Assembly: GCA_017887425.1 (NCBI GenBank)
Contig: JAGHHZ010000031.1
Span: 16,019-80,018, forward strand
Source of the DNA: Bacilli bacterium
Lineage (GTDB): Bacteria > Bacillota_I > Bacilli_A > RF39 > UBA660
Direction of reading: 5' to 3'
DNA length: 64,000 nucleotides
Part shown: in pieces, positions 56,881-64,000 of the stretch
Layout: every line of letters begins with the position of its first letter
Numbering within the stretch: the first letter of the stretch is position 1
Notes under the pieces: model-generated
Database searches by the model: none
What the model saw: only the letters and a program-made list of their open reading frames with translations
What the model was told of the DNA's origin: nothing
Program-made: the position numbers and the translations under genes

Positions 56881-57475
56881 AAAGTTATGGTTTATTATTA
56901 GTTTTTTGCTTATATTTATTGGTACATTTTTAATTTTTAATAAATACTATAGGTTTGCAAAGGAGGATAAAATAGAACGAAAAAAAATCCAAGAATTCTT
57001 TGAATTTACTGAAAATGAAATAAATATTGATAATATAGAGGTTGTCAATTCAAATGTTCAAGAAAATAATTATATCGCTGTTTTAGAGATACCTAAAATT
57101 AATTTAAAAAAAGGATTGTTACCGAAAGATAATGAACATAATAACGTCAACGAAAATGTGACTATTTTAAAAGAATCAGATATGCCAGATATAGAAAAAG
57201 GTAATTTTATTTTAGCCTCACATTCAGGAACTAGCAAACAAGCTTTTTTTAAAAATGTTTACAAGTTAGATATTGGCGATGAAATTTATGTTTACTATAA
57301 AAATAAAAAATATGTATATAAAATAGTTGATAAATATGAGCCTAAAAAAACAGGTAAGGTGAATATAAAAAGAGATATTAATAAAAGTACTCTAACATTG
57401 ATAACTTGTAAGGCTTTTACTGATAAACAAATCGTGATTATTTCACAACTTTTAAATTTTTATAGTATAAAATAG
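56861..57475 (+). CDS. sortase (dedicated to the adjacent adhesin)
   Basis: N-terminal TM. His in ILASHSG. Cys in LTLITC. Overlaps the adhesin stop. Confidence 0.75.
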   Translation: MRVEKSRKLWFIISFLLIFIGTFLIFNKYYRFAKEDKIERKKIQEFFEFTENEINIDNIEVVNSNVQENNYIAVLEIPKINLKKGLLPKDNEHNNVNENVTILKESDMPDIEKGNFILASHSGTSKQAFFKNVYKLDIGDEIYVYYKNKKYVYKIVDKYEPKKTGKVNIKRDINKSTLTLITCKAFTDKQIVIISQLLNFYSIK

Positions 57476-57487
57476 TATTGATTAAGT

Positions 57488-58819
57488 TTGGGAGGAATTA
57501 ATGTTTTAGATATAAGTCAGGTAGAACAACATTGGTATTCTGATATTTTTAGAAGTATCCTTTGGTCAATAGCTAAAGGAATACTAAATTTACTTGATGG
57601 CTTTTTTAATGTTATTAATAAGATATGGCAGTATGATTTTTTTAATAATGAATATGTTGATAAGATATTTAGTGGTGCGATTATAGTTGCATCAACTTGG
57701 CTAATTCTAAAAGTTGTCATTGAATTAGTTATGAATTACATTGTAAAAAATGAAGGAAGAGACACACCACTATCGGCTTATCGTGGCATATTGTTTGCAA
57801 TAATAATGATGTTTTTGATACCTTATCTTTTTCAGTTTGGTCATGCAATTTCAAGTGGTCTTACTAATTCCGTTTTAGCAGTTTCTAATATTGATGAAAG
57901 TACTAATGTTGAAAGTACCATTTCAAATTCATTAGTTGAATCGATGATATATAAAAATGAGACAAAAAGTGAACACGTCTCAGAATTGATTAGAAATTGG
58001 AAAACAATTGATATAAATGCTACTGAAGATGGTATTTTAGGATTTGGTGATGTTTATAAATATTCATTAAACTTTTTTATGTTAATTGTACTTTCTATTA
58101 TTACGATTTTTTTGTTATTTTTTGTAGCTATTCAAATGGCTAAACGAGTTTTGGAAATTGCTTTATATAAAATTATCGGACCTTTTTGTGCTACTTCTTT
58201 AACTAGTCAAAACAAAACTTTTGAACTTTGGTGTAAATCTACGATGGGAGCTTTTTTAGTAACGGTTGTTCAATTCATTGGGATTGGTTTACTTTTAACT
58301 TTATTTGGTAGTGCCTTTCAAGAAACAGGTACATTAACAGGTATTTTTCTAGTGATAGGAGCACTTTTATTTATTATTTCTACACCAACTCTTATTAATA
58401 GTCTTTTAAATCAGCAATCAGGAATGATGGCAGGTTTCGGTGATCTGCAATCAATAATAGCGATTGGTCATTTAACAGGTCAGGGAATAGGCTTGGCGAG
58501 TGCAGGTTTATCTAGTGCTTTATCGATTGGTTCAACAGTATTTAATTCTAGTTCTAAATTAATGAATGGGGGGATTTCGAGAATATCTAACATGATGAAT
58601 AATAATAAATTAAATCCTGAACAAATGAGCATTGTTAAAGATAGCATTTCAAGTAATAACTCTTATAAAGCTCAAAATCAAGTAAAAGAATTTCTAAATG
58701 AAAATAAAAAGACACCAACATTTAATAATAATCAATTTAATAATTTAAATCATTTATCTAATATGCACTATAATACTATGAAGGATAATTTTATTAGTAA
58801 AGATAAAGGAAAATTATAA
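57488..58819 (+). CDS. VirB6/TrbL-like polytopic membrane protein
   Basis: Multiple TMs. Lies directly upstream of a PrgI-like ORF, as at 8760-10963. The start codon is uncertain (TTG at 57488). Confidence 0.5.
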   Translation: MGGINVLDISQVEQHWYSDIFRSILWSIAKGILNLLDGFFNVINKIWQYDFFNNEYVDKIFSGAIIVASTWLILKVVIELVMNYIVKNEGRDTPLSAYRGILFAIIMMFLIPYLFQFGHAISSGLTNSVLAVSNIDESTNVESTISNSLVESMIYKNETKSEHVSELIRNWKTIDINATEDGILGFGDVYKYSLNFFMLIVLSIITIFLLFFVAIQMAKRVLEIALYKIIGPFCATSLTSQNKTFELWCKSTMGAFLVTVVQFIGIGLLLTLFGSAFQETGTLTGIFLVIGALLFIISTPTLINSLLNQQSGMMAGFGDLQSIIAIGHLTGQGIGLASAGLSSALSIGSTVFNSSSKLMNGGISRISNMMNNNKLNPEQMSIVKDSISSNNSYKAQNQVKEFLNENKKTPTFNNNQFNNLNHLSNMHYNTMKDNFISKDKGKL

Positions 58820-58820
58820 C

Positions 58821-59090
58821 ATGTATTTAATTCCTAAAAATATAAAAATAAAAAAAGAAATATTTAAAGGTTTTGGCATATTAGAAATAATGGCTATGGC
58901 AGTATCCTTTGGTATAGGATTTATATTACAATCGTTTATATCTAACTATAAAATTAAAGTAGTGCTTTTTATTATTGTCCCTATTACAACTTTTTTATTA
59001 TTACTTCCTCTACCTAATGGTAGTACATCATTAATTATTTTAAAAAAGTTTATAATTTATAAAAATAGACAAAAGAATTATAAATTATAA
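58821..59090 (+). CDS. PrgI/VirB3-like small membrane protein
   Basis: MYLIPKNIKIKKEIFKGFGILEIMAMAV, then two TMs. Same pattern as 10646-10963. Confidence 0.5.
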   Translation: MYLIPKNIKIKKEIFKGFGILEIMAMAVSFGIGFILQSFISNYKIKVVLFIIVPITTFLLLLPLPNGSTSLIILKKFIIYKNRQKNYKL

Positions 59091-59142
59091 ACATAAATTA
59101 TGTGGTATAATTAGTGTGATGAAAATGCAGGAGATGTGAAAT

Positions 59143-59553
59143 GTGGATAATAAAGAAATCGAAGAAGAAACTATTAAGTCAAAAGCGAAAATGTATTCAT
59201 TAATAGTATTTTCTATAATTGTAATAATAATAATTTTTATTTTGGTATTTATATTTAGTATAAAATCTGCATTTAATAGTTTTTCTCAAAAAACTTATTA
59301 TATATTAGATGTTACATCAGAAAACAAAAATAAAATTATTGAATTATTTGAAAAGGAAAAAGAAAATATATTCTATGATAAAAACTTTTGTGATTCAATT
59401 TATAGAATTGAATATTATCATACTTTCCCTGATGGAACAAGTTATACTATGTATTGCAAAGATGAAGATAATATCACTTTTAATATAGACAAAGCTGAAG
59501 AAGATACTTTAGCAAACTATATTTATAAAAACGGCTTTACTGAAAAAAGATAG
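59143..59553 (+). CDS. N-anchored hypothetical protein
   Basis: GTG start. TM YSLIVFSIIVIIIIFILVFIF, then about 95 soluble residues. Confidence 0.4.
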   Translation: MDNKEIEEETIKSKAKMYSLIVFSIIVIIIIFILVFIFSIKSAFNSFSQKTYYILDVTSENKNKIIELFEKEKENIFYDKNFCDSIYRIEYYHTFPDGTSYTMYCKDEDNITFNIDKAEEDTLANYIYKNGFTEKR

Positions 59554-60102
59554 ATGGAGGATGAGATGTCGATGATTGATACAAAAGATATAATAGTACA
59601 AGCAGAAAAATTTTATGAAACAGCAAAAGATTGTATAGGTATTGAATATAACAATGGTTGGTATGTAGGTGATAAAGAACTTTCTACTGAAGAATTGAAA
59701 AAATATCTCTTTCCCAAAAATGTTGTGACAGCAACAGTTAATCTCGCTTTTTGTTGTGAATTATTATTGAAATCTATGTTAAATAATGGTGCGAAAATAA
59801 AAGGACATAAATTAAGACCTTTATTTAACAAATTAGATGAGAAATGGAAGCAACTTATAATCCTAAAAATGGGGTATGAAAATAGCAATCAGATATTTTA
59901 TCATTTATTAGATGAAATATCTAATAGTTTTGAAAAGTGGAGATATATATATGAGTGTAAACTAGAAGATCGTAAAATTCAGTTTTCGTTTTTAAATAAT
60001 TTTAGTATAATTTTAATGTGCGTTGCTCATGCAAAATATTTTTATGAAAAGAAAGAATTTGATAAAATTGATTCTAAAGATTTGGAATTAATTCTAAAAT
60101 AA
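59554..60102 (+). CDS. hypothetical protein, HEPN-like helical pattern (weak)
   Basis: LAFCCELLLKSMLNNGAKIKGHKLRPLF ... FEKWRYIYE resembles the helix-2/3 (..LKa.l...g...HdL..L) and ..RY.. pattern of non-catalytic HEPN domains. Confidence 0.35.
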   Translation: MEDEMSMIDTKDIIVQAEKFYETAKDCIGIEYNNGWYVGDKELSTEELKKYLFPKNVVTATVNLAFCCELLLKSMLNNGAKIKGHKLRPLFNKLDEKWKQLIILKMGYENSNQIFYHLLDEISNSFEKWRYIYECKLEDRKIQFSFLNNFSIILMCVAHAKYFYEKKEFDKIDSKDLELILK

Positions 60103-60215
60103 AAATTTTTAATATTATTCATTTATTTTGATGTTTTAAAATTGTTGGTGAACTAATGGTATGTTTTATTTTTTATTGAAAGTAGTATAATTTTATATTA
60201 GAAAGAAGGGTTATT

Positions 60216-60893
60216 TTGGATCAAAGTAAAATAGGAAGATTTATTTCAGAATTAAGGAAAGAAAATAATTTGACGCAAGAACAATTAGCCAATAAACTAG
60301 GGATAACAAAGAATGCAATTAGTAAATGGGAAAGAGGAATTTGCTTAATGGATATTTCATTGTTGGAACCATTAAGTAAAATCCTTAATGTTTCGGTTTT
60401 GGAATTATTAAATGGTGAAAAAATAAACGATGTTGATTTAATAAAAAAGACTGAAGATAGTATAAGTATAGTATTAACTTTCTCTAAAGAAAAAATTAAT
60501 GAATATAGAAAAAAAGTAATTTTATCATTTTTATTTTTAATTAGTTTATCACCAATGCTTTTGAATCAGTATGGAGCATTAAAAGGTGTTCAGGAAATCA
60601 GTGGAATAATTAATTTAATCAATCCAATAGGCTTATTATCATTTATATCATATTTTTTAGGAGTTTGGATTAATTTTAAACATAAAAAATATAATAGAAT
60701 TTTAGGTTCGATTGGCGTGATTGGAATTATAATATCAGAAATTTATCAATTTTTAACTTGGCATAATATTGGTATGAGTTTTAAAATAGACTTTTTAAGT
60801 AGTATATCAAATGCTTTTCCAGAGTTTTATTTTGGACTATTTATTTCGATTATTATGTCAATAGTTTATTTTAGAATGAATAAAGAAAACTAA
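60216..60893 (+). CDS. XRE-family HTH protein fused to a polytopic membrane domain
   Basis: TTG after GAAGGG. HTH ISELRKENNLTQEQLANKLGITKNAISKWERG. At least 4 TMs follow. Confidence 0.6.
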   Translation: MDQSKIGRFISELRKENNLTQEQLANKLGITKNAISKWERGICLMDISLLEPLSKILNVSVLELLNGEKINDVDLIKKTEDSISIVLTFSKEKINEYRKKVILSFLFLISLSPMLLNQYGALKGVQEISGIINLINPIGLLSFISYFLGVWINFKHKKYNRILGSIGVIGIIISEIYQFLTWHNIGMSFKIDFLSSISNAFPEFYFGLFISIIMSIVYFRMNKEN

Positions 60894-60945
60894 TAATTTT
60901 AGAGGTGATTATATAAATAAAATAATAAATTTTAGTTATGGTAAA

Positions 60946-61314
60946 TTGCTACTAGAGGTGATGAGCTATTCGAATAACAAACGAATAGCTCTTTCTTCAT
61001 ATTTGATTGAAGAAGATGATCCTTATGGATTTATAACTATAAATTTGGATATACCAATTAGTGATATAGATGAAGGATTTATCGATTCTGATATAGAAAG
61101 TAGCAATTTAGTTCCAATTTTAAAAGAATTAGGAATTATAAAAGAATCATATGGCTTTATACCATATAACTATGGAACTTATGAATATGTAAAGTTCGAT
61201 TTAAATAAGCTTAAAGAATATGATAAAAAAGGAGTTGAAGAATATATAAAAATAGCAAATAAAAATAGTAAAAGTATTTTACTAGGAAATGAAAATTTTG
61301 ATTTAAAAATATGA
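60946..61314 (+). CDS. small ICE protein, DUF4313-like pattern (paralogue of the next ORF)
   Basis: YSNNKRIALSSYLIEEDDPYGFITINLDIPI...GFIDSD...YNYGTYEYVKFDLNKL. The start codon is uncertain. Confidence 0.4.
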   Translation: MLLEVMSYSNNKRIALSSYLIEEDDPYGFITINLDIPISDIDEGFIDSDIESSNLVPILKELGIIKESYGFIPYNYGTYEYVKFDLNKLKEYDKKGVEEYIKIANKNSKSILLGNENFDLKI

Positions 61315-61321
61315 AGGAGGA

Positions 61322-61693
61322 GTGATTATAAATCAAAAGAGAAAAATAAAATTAAATGGCAAATATTATAATATAAATGTTACTACATATAAAAATAATC
61401 GAATATGTTTAGAATTTATTAATAAAGAAGAAAAACACGAACTTACTATTAATTTAGAGGATGTTTATATAGATAATGGTCGTGTTTTTTTAAATCCTAT
61501 TGTTAAGAAAAATGGTTTATTAAAAGAATTAAAGAAGAAAAGAATTATTAAAGATATTTGTGGAAGTATAAATTATAATTATATTGATATTCCTATTGCA
61601 GTATTAAATATGGGAATTCTTCGTAAATTTGATAATTATGGTGTGAATAAATATTTGCAAAGAATAAATGGTTTAGAGGACTATTATGAATAG
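61322..61693 (+). CDS. small ICE protein, paralogue of 60946-61314
   Basis: YKNNRICLEFINKEEKHELTINLEDVYI...VFLNP...INYNYIDIPIAVLNMGIL parallels the preceding ORF. Confidence 0.4.
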   Translation: MIINQKRKIKLNGKYYNINVTTYKNNRICLEFINKEEKHELTINLEDVYIDNGRVFLNPIVKKNGLLKELKKKRIIKDICGSINYNYIDIPIAVLNMGILRKFDNYGVNKYLQRINGLEDYYE

Positions 61694-61919
61694 TCATTTA
61701 AAATTATATGATACACACATTACTATCCGTTTGAGCAAAAAAGAAAAGCAAATTTTTAAAAGAAATGCTTATCGAAAAAAGCTTACTATGTCTGATTATC
61801 TTCGAAGTCTTATTTTATTAGATAATCGATTAAATTCTATTTCTTCTAAATTAGATAAAATAAATAAAGAAATCAATGAAGTTGGTTTAGCAAGTACTTA
61901 TATTGGGAGGTATTTATAG
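61686..61919 (+). CDS. ribbon-helix-helix MobC-like relaxosome accessory protein
   Basis: ITIRLSKKEKQIFKRNAYRKKLTMSDYLRSLIL has the typical RHH/MobC layout. Confidence 0.45.
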   Translation: MNSHLKLYDTHITIRLSKKEKQIFKRNAYRKKLTMSDYLRSLILLDNRLNSISSKLDKINKEINEVGLASTYIGRYL

Positions 61920-64000
61920 TTAAAAGAATAAATATAAAGCAAAAAATTAATCGTAAAAAGGTTTCTAAGACAATATTAGATTTTATTCCGTTTCAAGAGG
62001 TGTGGAATAATTGTGTTTTTCTAGATAATAATCGAATTGTTGGTGGTATTAAAATAGGTTCAATAAATCTTTCTTTATTATTTGATGAAGAGCAAAAAAT
62101 AAAAGTTAGTCAACTAAAAAAAATTTTGAACTCCATTGACTATCCGATTAAAATTTTTAGCATTGATAAACCTATAAATTTAGATGATAATTTAAATACA
62201 CTAGGTTCTAAAATAAAAGTGGAAAAAAACAGGTTTAAACAACAATTATTGGAAGAGGATTATGATTATATTAGGTTTTTAAATAATCAAAAATCGGTTG
62301 TTAATCGAGAATTTTATATTATTGTTGAAGAAAGTTCTAATAATGAAAAATTGTTAAAACAAAAGATAAATGATTTAATTCAAGAGTTTATTTCAATCGG
62401 TCTTTCAGCTGAATTGGTCTTAAGTGAGGAGTGGCGAGAACTTTTATATATAATCTTAAATCCTGTAACTTCGTTAGATTCTTTTAAAAAAGATGCTACA
62501 GGTATAAATAGGTCTTTTAAAGAGAAAATTGCTCCTACAGGGCTTAAAATTAGCGAAAAAGACCTAATATTTGGAGATGCTTATATAAGTGTTATTACAC
62601 TTCGAAGTTATCCATCTATGGTTTCAGTTGGATGGTTAGGAGCTGTTGCAAATGTTGATCATACAAGAATGGTAGTTAGTATTAGTCCAATGAATACACA
62701 AGAGATTTCCACAACATTAAAAAAAAGTATTTCAGAAGTCAAATCAAAAATGATTAATATTAATGATTATAATGATCAAATAATTTTAAATAATCAAATG
62801 CAAGATTATGTAGAACTTGTTAATAGAATTGATCGTGAACATGAAAAATTTGCCCTTTTAACTGTTAACTTTATTTGCTATGCTGATACAAAGGAACAGC
62901 TAGAAAAAACAAAGAAAGAATTAAAGTCTACATTATCGGCATATGGACTTGGTGGAGCAGACTTAATGTTTGAACAAGAAAGAGCATTTAAAATGTGTTT
63001 GCCTACAATGTATAATGAACTTGAAAAACAATTTGGTTTACCTGTCCCTATGATGACAGTAGCATCTTCTTTTCCATTTATTTTTCAAAATTTACAAGAT
63101 GATGGTGATGCAATTATATTAGGTAATGATGCACTTGGTAGTTTAATTTTTTTTGATATGTGGAAAAGAACTAATAAAAGGAATAATTCTAATGCAGTCA
63201 TTGTTGGTAAGAGTGGTAGTGGTAAATCTACATTGATAAAAAAACTAGTTCGTGGTGCGTGGAGTCGAGGATCTAAAGTTATTATAATCGATCCTGAACG
63301 TGAATATCGTGATATATGCGAGTCGGTTGGAGGTTCTTGGATAGATGCAGGTACTGGTATTGCAGGAATTATTAATCCTTTAGAGGTTCGTCATGGAGCA
63401 GATGAATATGATGAAGAAACACCGGAAAATAAAACTAATGATTTATCACGACATTTTCAAACATTCAGAACATTTATTAAATATTATTTACAAGATTTAT
63501 CAGCTTATGAACTTACAAAAATTGAAGAAGTATTGATTGAAGTGTATAAAGATAAGGGCATTGATTTTGATACAGATTTGTCTAAACTAGCAAGTAAAGA
63601 TTATCCTATCATGGAAGATCTTTATAAAAAAATTTATGATAAATTGCAAACGGCAAAAGAAGAACATGATGCTAAAAACGTGATTGAATCGTTAGAAAAA
63701 ATAAGTTCAATGTTAAAACGGGCTACATTTGGAGCTGATGCTAAATTGTTTAATGGTGTTTCAACAATTAATGTAGATAAAAATACTGATTTTATTGTTT
63801 TGGATATCCACAGTTTAGTTGATAGTGATACAACAATTTTACGTACGCAATTTTTTAATATTTTATCTTGGTGTTGGAATGAGATTAGTCGTAATCGTGA
63901 TGAACAAGTAATTCTTGTATGTGATGAGTCACATTTACTTATTGATCCATCTAATCCTGATGGTGCTGATTTTCTTAAAAAATGTACTAAAAGATGTCGA
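61916..64000 (+). CDS. VirB4-type conjugation ATPase, intact N-terminus, 3-prime end beyond window
   Basis: The frame is open from 61880 to the window end. Walker A VIVGKSGSGKST and Walker B ILVCDESHLL. There is no ATG/GTG/TTG near the 5-prime end, and an ATA at 61916 sits 5 nt after GGGAGG. Confidence 0.8.
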   Translation, partial: MVKRINIKQKINRKKVSKTILDFIPFQEVWNNCVFLDNNRIVGGIKIGSINLSLLFDEEQKIKVSQLKKILNSIDYPIKIFSIDKPINLDDNLNTLGSKIKVEKNRFKQQLLEEDYDYIRFLNNQKSVVNREFYIIVEESSNNEKLLKQKINDLIQEFISIGLSAELVLSEEWRELLYIILNPVTSLDSFKKDATGINRSFKEKIAPTGLKISEKDLIFGDAYISVITLRSYPSMVSVGWLGAVANVDHTRMVVSISPMNTQEISTTLKKSISEVKSKMININDYNDQIILNNQMQDYVELVNRIDREHEKFALLTVNFICYADTKEQLEKTKKELKSTLSAYGLGGADLMFEQERAFKMCLPTMYNELEKQFGLPVPMMTVASSFPFIFQNLQDDGDAIILGNDALGSLIFFDMWKRTNKRNNSNAVIVGKSGSGKSTLIKKLVRGAWSRGSKVIIIDPEREYRDICESVGGSWIDAGTGIAGIINPLEVRHGADEYDEETPENKTNDLSRHFQTFRTFIKYYLQDLSAYELTKIEEVLIEVYKDKGIDFDTDLSKLASKDYPIMEDLYKKIYDKLQTAKEEHDAKNVIESLEKISSMLKRATFGADAKLFNGVSTINVDKNTDFIVLDIHSLVDSDTTILRTQFFNILSWCWNEISRNRDEQVILVCDESHLLIDPSNPDGADFLKKCTKRCR

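Larger units (their letters stand above)
48536..64000 (+). mobile_element. ICE-like conjugative element inserted in spoIVA (left junction in window; right end beyond window)
   Basis: Abrupt loss of SpoIVA homology near 48533-48552. It is followed by XRE repressors, an orphan MTase, an adhesin with sortase, VirB6/VirB3-like genes, a MobC-like gene and VirB4. No recombinase or relaxase is seen within the window. Confidence 0.6.

Noticed and set aside
61905-61925. A programmed -1 frameshift fusing the MobC-like ORF to VirB4
   Set aside because: The VirB4 frame is -1 relative to the upstream ORF. However, the junction (G TAT TTA TAG) is not an X XXY YYZ slippery heptamer, and no downstream structure is evident. 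A rare ATA start or a sequence error is simpler.

Overview
Visibly AT-rich Bacillota-type chromosome segment using the standard genetic code (TGA, TAA and TAG all act as stops). It comes from a spore-former: spoVIF and spoIVA are present, and the tmRNA tag ends in LAFA. No rRNA or CRISPR array is present. The window splits into three blocks. (1) 1-18.74 kb is a co-directional accessory cluster. A Tad/type-IV-filament-like module (CpaB-like, TadA/CpaF-class ATPase, two platform-like membrane proteins, a pilin-like ORF, a TadZ-like ORF) runs without a break into a Gram-positive conjugative T4SS module (two VirB2-like, VirB6/TrbL-like, VirB3/PrgI-like, a two-ORF VirB4, a SpoIID+CHAP hydrolase, a lipoprotein, a VirD4-type coupling protein). 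It ends at a strong terminator. I rank this chimeric architecture as the best candidate for an undescribed system. (2) 18.8-48.5 kb is core chromosome: rhodanese, rmuC, rnr, smpB, ssrA, engB, der, rnhC, parE, parC, tRNA-Leu, a six-tRNA operon, alr, hisS and spoVIF. It carries three oddities. A 1531-aa repeat-rich protein with a C-terminal polymerase-beta-type nucleotidyltransferase motif sits between smpB and ssrA. Three unrecognised genes follow ssrA. A His-codon leader peptide with a chain of mutually exclusive hairpins sits upstream of hisS where a T-box would be expected. (3) From about 48.54 kb to the window end, spoIVA is cut after about 125 codons by a second, different conjugative element. 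That element carries an EndoIII-like Fe-S protein, two XRE repressors, an orphan methyltransferase, a thioester adhesin with sortase, VirB6/VirB3-like genes, a MobC-like gene and an intact VirB4 that runs off the window. All family calls rest on motifs read by eye from the translations. No database search was run.
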